A stretch of DNA of 64,000 nt. Source: an uncultured bacterium (GTDB taxonomy: Bacteria > Omnitrophota > Omnitrophia > Omnitrophales > Aquincolibacteriaceae). Position numbers and translations under genes: made by a program. This document shows positions 48,303-58,128 of this stretch, piece after piece (positions within the stretch are counted from its first letter, which is position 1; each line of letters opens with the position of its first letter). The notes below the pieces were generated by a model, which had not been told where the DNA came from, searched no databases, and saw nothing but the letters and a program-made list of their open reading frames with translations. The stretch lies in contig CAYLPP010000003.1 of NCBI GenBank assembly GCA_964385615.1, positions 139,288 through 203,287 on the forward strand, read 5' to 3'.

Positions 48303-50945
48303 TCAACTTTTGGGAACCTTAAGGGCGCAAAACTTCCTTTTCAGCCATTTTTCAAACTCAACCGCAATGAAAACAATCGAAGAAATACCAATAGCAACAC
48401 CCAGTTCCCAAAGGGTCAAAGGATGAGTCTTGAAAATTTGATTCATGAAAGGAACATAAACCGTGGCCATTTGGAGGAAAAAAGTCACGGTCACCGCCGC
48501 CAAAAGGGATTTATTCGAAAATAAACCCTGGGTAAAAAGACTCTCCCTCTCTGAACGGATAGCCAGCACATGCGCCAGTTGGGAGAAGCAAAGCACGCAA
48601 AAAATAATAGATTGCCAATGCGCCACTCCTCTTGCAACCAATACCGCTTCAGAACCCAGAGTTAAACCGGCCATTAAAAGACCGGCCCAGATTACATGAA
48701 GGCCAAGACCGTGAGCAAACACTCCTTCACCTGGAAGCCTTGGAGGACGTTTCATCACATTTTTCTCCGCGGGTTCAGCGGCAAGAGCAAGACCCGGCAA
48801 TCCATCCGTCAAAAGATTAATCCACAAAATCTGAATGGGAAGAAAAGGTATGGGCAAACCCAAAAAGGGCGCCAGAAAAATAATCCACACCTCCGCAGAG
48901 TTTGTGGTCACTGCATAGCGGATGAACCTGCGCATATTGTCGTAAATTCTTCTCCCGGATTGCACCGCCCGAACAATAGTCGCAAAGTTGTCGTCCAGAA
49001 GAATCATAGAGCTGGCTTCCTTTGCGACGTCAGTACCGGTTACGCCCATGGCAACTCCAATGTCTGCGCGCTTTAATGCAGGCGCGTCATTGACTCCGTC
49101 TCCTGTCATTGCCACAAATTCCCCTTGATCCTGTAGGGCGGTTACAATTTTAAGTTTTTGATCTGGAGAAACTCGAGCATACACTCGAATCGTTTTAACT
49201 CTTTTCTCAAACTCAGCAAGTCCGATTTTCCCGAGTTCTTCACCGGTCATCACACCATCTTCGGCAGAATCTAAAATTCCGAGACGCAACGCTATCGCCT
49301 TGGCGGTGTTTGGGTGATCTCCCGTAATCATGACAGGCACAATACCGGCATCTTTACAAAGCCGTACGGCTTCCCGCGCTTCATCCCGGGGAGGGTCCAC
49401 AATTCCAATCAGTCCTAAAAAGCTCAGATTCTGTTCAAGCGTTTCCGGATCCATTGTTCCCGGTAACGCGTTCCACGCTCTCATTCCAATCCCCATAACC
49501 CGCAATCCATCGGCAGCCATTTTTTCCGCGGCCTTCGTCAATTCATCTTTAAGTGCCGTGGAAATATCCGAAGAACAAAAAATATTTTGAGATATACCGA
49601 CAATACATTCAGGTGAGCCTTTCGTGAAGGCGATAAAACCCCCTTTTGGACTTCTATGAAATGTAGTCATGCATTTTCGAACAGAATCGAAAGGGATTTC
49701 CGCGATCCTCGGGAATATCTTTTCAAGATCCCGCTTTTCGACTCCCCCTTTTCGAGCCGCCTCAAAAAGAGCCACCTCCGTTGGATCGCCGATAACGGCA
49801 CCCTTTTCCCCCGTGACAGCATCATTCGAAAGCGCCAGCCCCTGAAGAAAGGTTTGCCAGCACTCCCCGGCTAGAGGTTCCGGCTCCAGCTTTCCATCAC
49901 AATAAAATTTTTCAACCCGCATCCGGTTTAAAGTCAAGGTTCCGGTTTTATCCGTGCAGATATAGGTAACCGAACCGAGTGTTTCAACGGCCGGCAGTTT
50001 TCGGACGAGGGCTTTTTTTTGCGCCATCTTCCTTGCGCCAATGGCGAGCGATATCGTAACCACCGCCGGCAAAGCCTCAGGAATAGCGGCAACCGCCAAA
50101 CTCACGGCTGTCATAAACATTAAGAGTACGGACTCACCCCGAAAAACTCCCGTAGCGAATACGATTCCGCAAATAAACAATGCCGCCACTGAAAGGCGTT
50201 TTCCGAATTTTGCAAGACGCTTTTGAAGAGGCGTTTTAACTTCCCCCGCATCTTTCAGGAGGGCCGCGATTTTCCCAAACTCAGTGCTCATGCCAGTCGC
50301 AATGACAATACCACTCCCCCTGCCATAGGTCACAATCGTCCCTTTATAAGCTATATTTTTTCTATCCCCCAGAGCGATCGTTTCTCCCGCGATAGGCTCC
50401 GTTATTTTCTCAACAGGCACAGACTCCCCGGTTAAAGCCGACTCATCCATCCGCAGCTGCCTGGTTTCAAGAAGCCTAAGATCAGCCGGGGTAATTTGTC
50501 CGGCTTCAAGCAAAACCTTGTCGCCGGGAACGAGTTCTAAGGCAGGAATCACAATATTTTTTCCATCGCGTATCACGGTCGCGGAGGAGGCAGCCATTGC
50601 CTTAAGAGCTTCCATTGCTTTCTCAGCTCGGTATTCCTGAACAAAACCGATAATGCCGTTTAGAATGACAATAGCTAGAATCGCGATGGTATCTTTAACA
50701 TCTCCGATGAATGCTGATACAAGGGATGCGGCCAGCAGAATAACGATCATGAAATCTGTGAATTGATCCACGATCATCCCGGCAAGCTTCCGCTTTTTCC
50801 CAGACGGCAAAAGATTAGGCCCGAAACGGAAAAGACGTTCTTTCGCTTCTTCAGGGCTAAGTCCTCTCACTGTCCCGCCCAAATCATCGAGGACATCTTT
50901 AACCGGCATCATATGCCAAACTCTGGTTTTGTTATCTTGCGTCAA
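48303..50945 (-). CDS. P-type cation-transporting ATPase, type IIA/IIB Ca2+-ATPase-like.
   Basis: DKTGTLT phosphorylation motif, TGDGVNDAPALKRADIGVAMG hinge, TGES and PEGL regions, 10 TM segments, 880 aa. Confidence 0.9.
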   Translation of the reverse strand: MTQDNKTRVWHMMPVKDVLDDLGGTVRGLSPEEAKERLFRFGPNLLPSGKKRKLAGMIVDQFTDFMIVILLAASLVSAFIGDVKDTIAILAIVILNGIIGFVQEYRAEKAMEALKAMAASSATVIRDGKNIVIPALELVPGDKVLLEAGQITPADLRLLETRQLRMDESALTGESVPVEKITEPIAGETIALGDRKNIAYKGTIVTYGRGSGIVIATGMSTEFGKIAALLKDAGEVKTPLQKRLAKFGKRLSVAALFICGIVFATGVFRGESVLLMFMTAVSLAVAAIPEALPAVVTISLAIGARKMAQKKALVRKLPAVETLGSVTYICTDKTGTLTLNRMRVEKFYCDGKLEPEPLAGECWQTFLQGLALSNDAVTGEKGAVIGDPTEVALFEAARKGGVEKRDLEKIFPRIAEIPFDSVRKCMTTFHRSPKGGFIAFTKGSPECIVGISQNIFCSSDISTALKDELTKAAEKMAADGLRVMGIGMRAWNALPGTMDPETLEQNLSFLGLIGIVDPPRDEAREAVRLCKDAGIVPVMITGDHPNTAKAIALRLGILDSAEDGVMTGEELGKIGLAEFEKRVKTIRVYARVSPDQKLKIVTALQDQGEFVAMTGDGVNDAPALKRADIGVAMGVTGTDVAKEASSMILLDDNFATIVRAVQSGRRIYDNMRRFIRYAVTTNSAEVWIIFLAPFLGLPIPFLPIQILWINLLTDGLPGLALAAEPAEKNVMKRPPRLPGEGVFAHGLGLHVIWAGLLMAGLTLGSEAVLVARGVAHWQSIIFCVLCFSQLAHVLAIRSERESLFTQGLFSNKSLLAAVTVTFFLQMATVYVPFMNQIFKTHPLTLWELGVAIGISSIVFIAVEFEKWLKRKFCALKVPKS

Positions 50946-50970
50946 ACCGCCACCATGCTTTTATGTAAAA

Positions 50971-51966
50971 TCAGTTTAAAGTTGCCGTTAGATGAAAAGG
51001 ATGAAGGATAGCAAGTCCCGCGATATAAAAAGCGTAAAGCAAGATGAACACAAGACCCTGCGGCTGCTGAATTCTTCCTTTTTTCCAAAAAAATACCATC
51101 ATCGTAAGCACGAGTAAAAAAAGCCAAAAATACGAATAGTTCCGGGTTAAAGGATCAACCGACAACGGATGAATTACTGAAGCGATGCCCGTAATCCCTG
51201 CCAGATTGAGGACATTAGCACCCACAATATTTCCTACGGATAAATCGGAGGCGTTTTTTCGCGCGGAGATCACCGCCGTCACCAGCTCAGGCAATGACGT
51301 TCCTACAGCAATTACAGTAAGACCTACAATCATCGAGGGAATACCCAAAGCGCGGGCAATTGCGGATGCGCCAAAAACCAGGGCCCGGCTCCCCGCAATT
51401 ACAAAAATAGCTCCAATTAAAAACGTAAAAATCAGTTTTGTTAGAGAGCTCTTGCCTTTAGGCTCAAGAACGATCCCGTGAGAGCTCTTTTGCTTTTTGC
51501 GGACAAGAAGCTGATAATCGGAGTAGAGATAAACTACGGCGAGTAATAGTAAAATAGCTCCCGTCACCCGATTCAGCTGAAGAAACAAGGAGAAGAAAAC
51601 GACTCCAGAAGCCGCTGCAAGCATCCATAAAGCCCGGCGCCTAAAATCGGTTAAATCCACGGCTATGGGTTTAAGGACAGCGGAAATCCCAATAATAAGC
51701 CCTAAATTTGCAATCGTTGACCCTAAAGCATTGCCGAGCGCAATTCCGGAATCTCCAAGCCAGCTGGCGGTCACAGAAACAACCATCTCAGGACTTGTCG
51801 TGGCAAGACTTACAATCGTACTTCCAATCACAATACGGGGCAGGTCCAGAATCCGGGCAATATGGATACTGGCATCTACAAACAAATCGCCGCCTTTGAT
51901 CAGCAAAGCAAACCCTGCCACGACAAAGAAGATACTTATCAGCACCGTCCCTCCATGCCCTGTCAC
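50971..51966 (-). CDS. Na+/Ca2+ (CaCA family) exchanger, YrbG-like.
   Basis: Two alpha-repeat motifs (GSTIVSLATTSPEM.. / GNALGSTIANLGLIIGISAV; GTSLPELVTAVISARK; GNIVGANVLNL). 331 aa with ~10 TM helices. Confidence 0.85.
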   Translation of the reverse strand: MTGHGGTVLISIFFVVAGFALLIKGGDLFVDASIHIARILDLPRIVIGSTIVSLATTSPEMVVSVTASWLGDSGIALGNALGSTIANLGLIIGISAVLKPIAVDLTDFRRRALWMLAAASGVVFFSLFLQLNRVTGAILLLLAVVYLYSDYQLLVRKKQKSSHGIVLEPKGKSSLTKLIFTFLIGAIFVIAGSRALVFGASAIARALGIPSMIVGLTVIAVGTSLPELVTAVISARKNASDLSVGNIVGANVLNLAGITGIASVIHPLSVDPLTRNYSYFWLFLLVLTMMVFFWKKGRIQQPQGLVFILLYAFYIAGLAILHPFHLTATLN

Positions 51967-51983
51967 TCCAGGAGGAAAATCAA

Positions 51984-52382
51984 TTAAGGTTTTTTTTCTT
52001 CAAATTTCAGGGAAACAGAATTAATGCAATAACGTTTGCCGGTAGGCTGGGGCCCGTCGTCAAACACATGGCCTAAATGCCCGCCGCAAACCGGGCAGTG
52101 CACCTCGGTGCGCTCCATAAAGAAACTGCTGTCTTCTTCAGTCGCGACACTGCCGGGTTTCAAGGGCTGCCAGAAACTGGGCCATCCCGTGCCGGAATCA
52201 AATTTAGTGTCTGAACTGAAAAGCTCCGCACCGCATCCCGCGCACCGGTAAACCCCTTTTGCCTTCATCTTGTTATACTCTCCGGTAAACGCCCGCTCTG
52301 TTCCTTTTTCACGGAGCACATGATACTGCTCCGGCGTCAGCTCTTTCTTCCAATCGGAACTGCTTTTTTCAATTTTTCCCAT
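51984..52382 (-). CDS. msrB: Peptide-methionine (R)-S-oxide reductase MsrB. Start placed at MGKIEK, which has a GGAAGGAG RBS. The ORF-track 5' extension encodes an in-frame signal-peptide-like segment, which would apply if an upstream start is used.
   Basis: [22 protein letters not shown], the CxxC pairs (CAGCG...CPVCG), [10 protein letters not shown] and RYCINS are classic MsrB/SelR motifs. Confidence 0.8.
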   Translation of the reverse strand: MGKIEKSSSDWKKELTPEQYHVLREKGTERAFTGEYNKMKAKGVYRCAGCGAELFSSDTKFDSGTGWPSFWQPLKPGSVATEEDSSFFMERTEVHCPVCGGHLGHVFDDGPQPTGKRYCINSVSLKFEEKKP

Positions 52383-52453
52383 CTCAGTTTCTCCTTCCGT
52401 ACGGCCCAGCGGTGTAAAAACCAAAAACAAAACCGAGGCCAGAATCGCGCATT

Positions 52454-53824
52454 TTAAACCTTGTACTCGAGCAGCAAATAACCCCATGGCTTTAACTGAA
52501 CCTCCCTTTCCCCTCCGGGCATTTGAACCCGGCCCGAAACTGCCTGGTCCGAATAGTTCACGGCTACAGCCCTGCACTCGTTTCCTCTACGCCAGGCCCA
52601 GGCCAGCAGATTGGCATGATCCGCCTCCAGGAGTTTCCAGGTTCCTTGGTGAAGGACTGGAGCATCCGCGTAAGCCAGCAAAGTACGGTAAAAAGCCAGG
52701 GAATCCGAATCAGGCTTTTCTTCCGGCTCCCGGCCCAACTGAACCGGAAGATGGATTTTTTTACCCTCGATTTGCCCGTCCTGAAAAAACCTCATTCCAG
52801 GCACCGTCGCCGCAATCACCGCCGCCGCGCGGGATTTTTCGGGACCAAAAGCCGCCGCGGCGCGGAACTCATCGTGATTTTCAATAAACCGCATGGAATG
52901 ATTCTGGTAATCCGGCTCCGCCGTCAAATGCGCGCGCACACTGGCCGCGTCATCAAAAAAAAGCCGGTCATATAAAATTTTATCGTACGTAAAATCAAAA
53001 CCGGTTTGCTGAAGCTGCCATTCTCTCCCCCAATAAACCTCCGCGATAAAAACAAAATCAGGGTTCTTCTTTTTAACGCGGGTAATCGCTTCTTCCCAGA
53101 ATTCCGTTTTCGGCGCCTCGAAACCGGTTAGATATTTCTTCCAAGTCTGTGAAAAAATATCCTTCAAAAGGAGCATCGCCATATCGCAGCGCACACCGTC
53201 CGCGATTTCCGCAATTCTCAGCAGTTCGCGGATCATAAATTCACGAACCGGGCTTGAGAATATATTTACCTGAACCGTATCGCTCCAGGGCAGAAAATGA
53301 GGGTCCTTTCCATGAGCCAAATAACGCCCGCCCGGTGTTTTGAAGAAAATTTCCGGTTCCCTTTGAGCTTCCTGCGCGTCTGATGAAACAAAAAACTCAG
53401 GGTTGGAAAGCACGGCAGGATGATCCAGCGCCAGGTGATTGGGAACAAAATCCAAAATGAGTTTCATTCCGGATTTATTGAGAGTTTCCCGAAGCTTTTG
53501 AATGGATTCCGTACTGCCGAAATAAGCGTCAGGCGTATACTGATAAACCGCGTAAGGCGAGCCTGTCACATCTTCCGGAGTCCACCCCGGAAGAATGGTA
53601 TCAAAAGCCTGCTGAAGGGAAGGTTCCCGTAAAGCAATCTGCCTGGCTTCAGGACTGCGCTGCCATAAACCCATAAGCCAGACCAGATCAAACCCCTGCC
53701 CGGCCAGATTTTTCCATTCATCCGGAGGAACCGAAGCCAGATCCGGCAGATTTCCATACCGGGCTCGGGCCCGGTTCAAAAAAATCCGGGCGTTGATTTC
53801 TAAAAGGTGCGGATGCTTGCGCAA
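52454..53824 (-). CDS. Alpha-amylase-family (GH13-like) glycoside hydrolase.
   Basis: [15 protein letters not shown] resembles GH13 conserved region I (DxVxNH). (beta/alpha)8-like pattern with GVRCDMA (region II-like). Confidence 0.55.
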   Translation of the reverse strand: MRKHPHLLEINARIFLNRARARYGNLPDLASVPPDEWKNLAGQGFDLVWLMGLWQRSPEARQIALREPSLQQAFDTILPGWTPEDVTGSPYAVYQYTPDAYFGSTESIQKLRETLNKSGMKLILDFVPNHLALDHPAVLSNPEFFVSSDAQEAQREPEIFFKTPGGRYLAHGKDPHFLPWSDTVQVNIFSSPVREFMIRELLRIAEIADGVRCDMAMLLLKDIFSQTWKKYLTGFEAPKTEFWEEAITRVKKKNPDFVFIAEVYWGREWQLQQTGFDFTYDKILYDRLFFDDAASVRAHLTAEPDYQNHSMRFIENHDEFRAAAAFGPEKSRAAAVIAATVPGMRFFQDGQIEGKKIHLPVQLGREPEEKPDSDSLAFYRTLLAYADAPVLHQGTWKLLEADHANLLAWAWRRGNECRAVAVNYSDQAVSGRVQMPGGEREVQLKPWGYLLLEYKV

Positions 53825-53825
53825 A

Positions 53826-54323
53826 TCAGGCTTTCGAAGCGTACTTTTCGATTTCTTTATCGATCAGGAAAAGTCCGCGTCCTTCGACACCGGCAATCTT
53901 GATCAAGTCCAGAATCGAATTCAGCAGCCGTTCTTCTTCATGCTGTTCGGAGACATACCACTGGAGGAAATTGAAGGTGGAGTAGTCTTTTTCATCCAGG
54001 CAGATTTCAACCAGACCGTTGATGCATTTGGTCACAAAACGTTCATGCTCCAGCATCAGAACAAAAACGTCGGAAATTGATTTGAATTTCGCCGGCGGTT
54101 CTTTAACCGCGTGAACCATCGCGTGCCCGCCCGCGTCGTTCACATAATGGAAGAGCTTCAGCATATGCTGGCGCTCCTGCTCAGCATGCGCGTACAGAAA
54201 AGAAGAGGATCCTCTCAGACCCGTTTTGTCACACCAGGAAGCCATCGCCAGGTAGTAGTGAGAAGCGTAAGATTCCTCAGCGATTTGATTATTAAGAGCC
54301 TTGAGCATTTTCGTTGAAAGCAT
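53826..54323 (-). CDS. ftnA: Ferritin (non-heme, Ftn-like).
   Basis: Ferroxidase-centre residues in a four-helix-bundle pattern (EESYASHYYLAMASW...AHAEQERQHMLKLFHYV...LEHERFVT). Confidence 0.8.
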   Translation of the reverse strand: MLSTKMLKALNNQIAEESYASHYYLAMASWCDKTGLRGSSSFLYAHAEQERQHMLKLFHYVNDAGGHAMVHAVKEPPAKFKSISDVFVLMLEHERFVTKCINGLVEICLDEKDYSTFNFLQWYVSEQHEEERLLNSILDLIKIAGVEGRGLFLIDKEIEKYASKA

Positions 54324-54457
54324 AAATCCTCCTCTAAGTTAGAATTCTAATTCTGAGCAAACTGAAATCATGGGAGCCGTGCCCTTAAAATCCGATTTTC
54401 TCATGCGGCATTCCTTTTAAAGTAACGGCGCCGCACTTGTACATGAGTACAAGGAAT

Positions 54458-54474
54458 CGGGGCGGCAGGATTTG
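54458..54474. repeat. 17-bp perfect direct copy of the tRNA-Pro 3' end (tcggggcggcaggattt); tRNA-fragment or att-like scar.
   Basis: Identical to 54585..54601 inside the tRNA. Similarity decays beyond the 17 bp. Confidence 0.5.
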
Positions 54475-54581
54475 GCGCCTCCGCAGTTTCACTGCTCCGG
54501 TCGGCCAGCCGCACCCTCAAACATGACCTAAGTCATGTTTGAACCCGGGTGCTCCCTTCAAATCCTGACATTGTAACTGAT

Positions 54582-54659
54582 TGGTCGGGGCGGCAGGATT
54601 TGAACCTGCGACATCCTGCTCCCAAAGCAGGCGCTCTAGCCAGGCTGAGCCACGCCCCG
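54582..54659 (-). tRNA. tRNA-Pro (anticodon TGG) with encoded CCA.
   Basis: The minus strand reads CGGGGCGTGGCTCAGCCTGGCTAGAGCGCCTGCTTTGGGAGCAGGATGTCGCAGGTTCAAATCCTGCCGCCCCGACCA. It folds with a 7-bp acceptor (C1:G72, A73), D arm GCTC/GAGC, anticodon stem CCTGC/GCAGG with loop TTTGGGA, and T arm GCAGG-TTCAAAT-CCTGC. Confidence 0.8.
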
Positions 54660-54660
54660 A

Positions 54661-54838
54661 TGAATACACAGTCCCGGCAGGACTGTGATTCATCGCACTT
54701 GCACGTCGGTGCAAGTGCAAAGCGCAGTCCTAATGGGGCCATGAGTCATCGCACTTATGGATCAAAACAAGTGCAAGTAATGTTTGTTAAACGTACCGTG
54801 ATTCATCGCACTTGAGGGACTCCTCAAGCGCAGTGATT
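54661..54838. repeat. Three tandem ~55-bp units, each TGA(T/G)TCATCGCACTT followed by a palindrome (CACTTG..CAAGTG type), between tRNA-Pro and rodA.
   Basis: Units begin at 54687, 54742 and 54800. The palindromes are cacttgcacgtcggtgcaagtg, cacttatggatcaaaacaagtg and cttgagggactcctcaag. A further palindrome cacagtcccggcaggactgtg lies at 54667..54687. Confidence 0.45.
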
Positions 54839-55919
54839 AAAAAATCGACCTTTCGCGGTAAATACTTAAAATCAGCCCCAGCGTCACGGCCGTCGCGATT
54901 AATGAAGAACCGCCGTAACTGATCAACGGAAGCGTAATCCCGGTAATCGGCATCAAACCAAAACTCATCCCGATATTCACGAACATTTGCGTGAAAATAA
55001 CGGCCACAGAGCCCGCGATCAGAAGCTTCGCTTTAATGTCAGTCGTATTTTCCATAACCTGAAAAGCAGACCGGAAAAGAAGCGCGTAAAAAACAAGGAC
55101 CAGAACCGCGCCTGCGTATCCCCACTCTTCCCCAATGACACAGAAAATAAAGTCGGTGTGGTGCTCCGGCACAAACTGAAGCTGGCTTTGAGTTCCAGCC
55201 ATATAGCCTTTACCGAAAAGACCGCCGGAGCCGATCGCGATTTTCGACTGCACCGCGGTATAGCCGGATCCAAGCGGATCGAGATTCGGATTCAGGAAAA
55301 CCAAAATACGCCGTCTCTGATATTCCTTGAGAAATTCCCAGCCGAGCGGAGCGGCCGCCAGCGCCATCACGGCACCAATAATAAAAACGCGGTACCGCAC
55401 TCCCCATAAAAAAAGAAGAACCGCGATCATCGGAAGAAACAAAATAGCGGAACCTAAGTCAGGCTGTTTCGCGATCAAAATAAAGGGCAGAAGGGCCATT
55501 CCAAGGGCGAGAACCGAAGTCCGGAATTTTTTCTCAATCGGATTATTAGATCCAAGAAAATTGGCCAGCGCGAGCACGGTCGCGAGTTTCGCGAATTCTG
55601 AGGGCTGAATAATCAACGGCCCAAGCATCAGCCAGCGCTGAGCGCCCAGGCGGGTTTTCCCGAAAACCAGCACCGCGGCCAGCATCAAAATCGAAATCAC
55701 ATAAAAAAGGTAGGACACGCTGAGAAAACTGCGGTAGCTCATAAACGGCACCATAAAAAGCACCGCGGCCGCGGCAGCGACCCAGAATATCTGTTTATCT
55801 TCGTAATTTCCGGAATCGTGGTAAGCCGCGCTGTAGACAAACAGCGTGCCGATAATAACAAGACCGGCGGCGGCGAAAACCAAAGGCCAGTGGACTCCCT
55901 TAAGCCATTTTCGCAACAT
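54837..55919 (-). CDS. rodA: Rod shape-determining protein RodA (SEDS family peptidoglycan glycosyltransferase).
   Basis: 10-TM SEDS pattern with conserved regions (PDLGSAIL, QSQL.F.PE..TDFIF, LIGEEWGYAG). The gene follows mrdA in the mre cluster. Confidence 0.85.
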   Translation of the reverse strand: MLRKWLKGVHWPLVFAAAGLVIIGTLFVYSAAYHDSGNYEDKQIFWVAAAAAVLFMVPFMSYRSFLSVSYLFYVISILMLAAVLVFGKTRLGAQRWLMLGPLIIQPSEFAKLATVLALANFLGSNNPIEKKFRTSVLALGMALLPFILIAKQPDLGSAILFLPMIAVLLFLWGVRYRVFIIGAVMALAAAPLGWEFLKEYQRRRILVFLNPNLDPLGSGYTAVQSKIAIGSGGLFGKGYMAGTQSQLQFVPEHHTDFIFCVIGEEWGYAGAVLVLVFYALLFRSAFQVMENTTDIKAKLLIAGSVAVIFTQMFVNIGMSFGLMPITGITLPLISYGGSSLIATAVTLGLILSIYRERSIF

Positions 55920-57612
55920 CTGTCCTCCAGGTCTGAAGCATGGATTTCACGATGGCCGCGCCGGAAATACCGCCCGACCCGCCGTGCTCCACGAAAACCA
56001 CGAAAGCGATTTTGGGATTCTCATAGGGAAAGAACCCGGTCATCCAGCCGTGGGCTTTTTTGGGAGGGTTCTGGGCCGTACCGGTTTTAGCCGCGATCTT
56101 TCCGAAATCCACGCGCGCCAGCTGGCCCGTGCCGTATTCCGATTCAACAACTTGAAGCATCCCCCTCCGGATCGCTTTCAAATTCTCTTCGTGAATCGCG
56201 ATCTTCTTTTCCTTTTCCGCGTGAGCCGGGTCTAAAATCAGCTGAGGCTCCACACGCAATCCATTCTTGGCGATCGTGGCAGTGAGCCGGAGCACCTGGA
56301 TCGGCGAAACCAGCAGGTAGCTTTGACCGATGGCAAAACTCAGCGTTTCACCCTGATACCAGGGCTGGTGGAGTCTCTGCATTTTCCATTCGGAATTCGG
56401 GACAAGTCCGCGCGTCATGGAAGTCAGTTCCAGATCCACCGGCTCACCGAGACCGAATTCATGCGCGTAGTGAGAAATATCTTCCGGCGTCAGACGCGAC
56501 CCGACATTGTAAAAGTAAACGTTGCAGGAACGCTCCAAAGCTTCATATAAATTCAAACTTCCATGACCGTGTTCATACCAGCAATGATAAGGGCGAGAGT
56601 CCGTTTTGAGACGGAAAGTATGATTGCAGTAGAAACGGGTTTCCGGCGTGATTTTTCCGGTTTCAAGCCCGGCCAAAGCCGTAATCAGCTTAAACACGGA
56701 ACCCGGCGGGTAGGCCGAACCGACACCCCGGTCAAGCAAAGGCGCTTCGGGATCTTTAAGAAATGAAATTCTTTCCTGGCCCCGGCTGGAAGAAACAAAA
56801 GCGTTTGGATCGAAAGCCGGCGTGCTGGCCAAAACCATCAGACCTTCGGTTTCAAGGTCCATGACCGCGACCGCGGCATGCTTACCCTGCATGGATTCCA
56901 TGACTTTTTTCTGAAATTCCAGGTCGAGCGTGAGGGTAATGTCTTCTCCGGGCTGAGGATTTTTCTCAGAAAGAATCCGGATCAGCTGACCCCGGGCATT
57001 GACTTCGATCTGGCGTCCGCCCCGCCGCCCGCGCAGCTTCTCATCAAAGATTTTTTCGATCCCGGCCCGGCCGACCAGAGAATTCATTCCATAACGTTCA
57101 CGGTCCGCTTTGCGGTATTCCGTTTCGCTGATTTTCCCGATAAAACCAATAATGTGTGAAGCCGTCTGTTCATACGGATAATAACGGCGGAAAGAAACCT
57201 GAACCATCACCCCCGGAAGCTCCGGCTTCCTTTCTTCAATCCGGAAAGCCGTGTCCCGGTCCACGTCCTGCATAATCATGGCGGGAGCGAAAGGATATTC
57301 GCGCGGGGCGCTCATATTATGGCGGATTTCTTTTTCAGTCATATTGAGAAGCCGTGCCAGTCTGGGAAACGCCTCAGGCTCCACGTCTTCCGGAGTGGCC
57401 ACAATATCATAGGATGGACGGTTGGTCGCGAGCAGACGCCCCTGAGCATCAAAAACACGGCCCCTCGGCGCTTCAACAGGAATCAGACGCACCCGGTTCT
57501 GCTCACTGAGTTTACGGAAAGCCCCGCCCTGAATCACCTGAGTCTGAAAAAGCCCCAGCCCCAGAAGAATCAAACCCGCATAAAAAAATCCTTTTACGAT
57601 AAGCGCGCGCAT
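55900..57612 (-). CDS. mrdA: Penicillin-binding protein 2 (transpeptidase).
   Basis: N-terminal anchor plus dimerisation domain. Transpeptidase motifs SVFK (SxxK), SCN (SxN) and KTGTA (KTG). Confidence 0.9.
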   Translation of the reverse strand: MRALIVKGFFYAGLILLGLGLFQTQVIQGGAFRKLSEQNRVRLIPVEAPRGRVFDAQGRLLATNRPSYDIVATPEDVEPEAFPRLARLLNMTEKEIRHNMSAPREYPFAPAMIMQDVDRDTAFRIEERKPELPGVMVQVSFRRYYPYEQTASHIIGFIGKISETEYRKADRERYGMNSLVGRAGIEKIFDEKLRGRRGGRQIEVNARGQLIRILSEKNPQPGEDITLTLDLEFQKKVMESMQGKHAAVAVMDLETEGLMVLASTPAFDPNAFVSSSRGQERISFLKDPEAPLLDRGVGSAYPPGSVFKLITALAGLETGKITPETRFYCNHTFRLKTDSRPYHCWYEHGHGSLNLYEALERSCNVYFYNVGSRLTPEDISHYAHEFGLGEPVDLELTSMTRGLVPNSEWKMQRLHQPWYQGETLSFAIGQSYLLVSPIQVLRLTATIAKNGLRVEPQLILDPAHAEKEKKIAIHEENLKAIRRGMLQVVESEYGTGQLARVDFGKIAAKTGTAQNPPKKAHGWMTGFFPYENPKIAFVVFVEHGGSGGISGAAIVKSMLQTWRTDVAKMA

Positions 57613-57615
57613 CTT

Positions 57616-58128
57616 TTACCTGAAAAGCTCATACTGTTTGAGCAGAGTCTGCCTGCCGAAAAAGCGGTGAAAGAAAAGAAAGACGAACGGCGAAATCATG
57701 GCGGTCGAAAAAGCGGAGAAAAACGAAACCGCGAGATAATCCGCCGGGATCGCGTTGCTTCCGGTTAAAAAAGCACCGACAACCAGACGGCAGATAAAAA
57801 CCGTCAGGACAAAAATAAAAACAACCGCCATTCTTATCCAGGGCGACTCGCGCTCAATTTTAAGAATGACGAAAGCCAGCAGAAGGGTCATCACCAAAAG
57901 CACAGTGGTTTCTACTCCCAAAGGTTCAATCCCCGTCAAATCGCGCAGCCCTCCGACGGTTAGCGCGAATGCCGCCGACTGACGCCCCTCCTCAAAAAGA
58001 ACCGCGTAGAGCACCAGCAGATAGCCAAGCACGGGCCGTAAAATTCCCAGGACGGGTGTCAGGCAGATATCGGCGGCAGTGAGGCCGATCAGGAGGATCA
58101 GGACTTTTCCGGAGAAGAGTTTAAGCAA
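57616..58128 (-). CDS. mreD: Rod shape-determining protein MreD.
   Basis: Small polytopic membrane protein located between mreC and mrdA; the position and hydrophobicity profile are typical of MreD. Confidence 0.6.
   Translation of the reverse strand: MLKLFSGKVLILLIGLTAADICLTPVLGILRPVLGYLLVLYAVLFEEGRQSAAFALTVGGLRDLTGIEPLGVETTVLLVMTLLLAFVILKIERESPWIRMAVVFIFVLTVFICRLVVGAFLTGSNAIPADYLAVSFFSAFSTAMISPFVFLFFHRFFGRQTLLKQYELFR

Noticed and set aside
51984-52577. Signal-peptide-bearing, exported form of MsrB using the long ORF-track start.
   Set aside because: A strong GGAAGGAG RBS precedes the internal MGKIEK start, which gives a canonical ~133-aa MsrB, and the longer form would overlap the upstream gene by 34 nt or more. 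The exported form remains possible but is less parsimonious.
54518-54541. Perfect 10-bp hairpin caaacatgac-cta-agtcatgtttg between the tRNA fragment and tRNA-Pro, considered as an intrinsic terminator.
   Set aside because: No U-tract follows on either strand. It is more likely part of the local palindromic repeat family than a rho-independent terminator.
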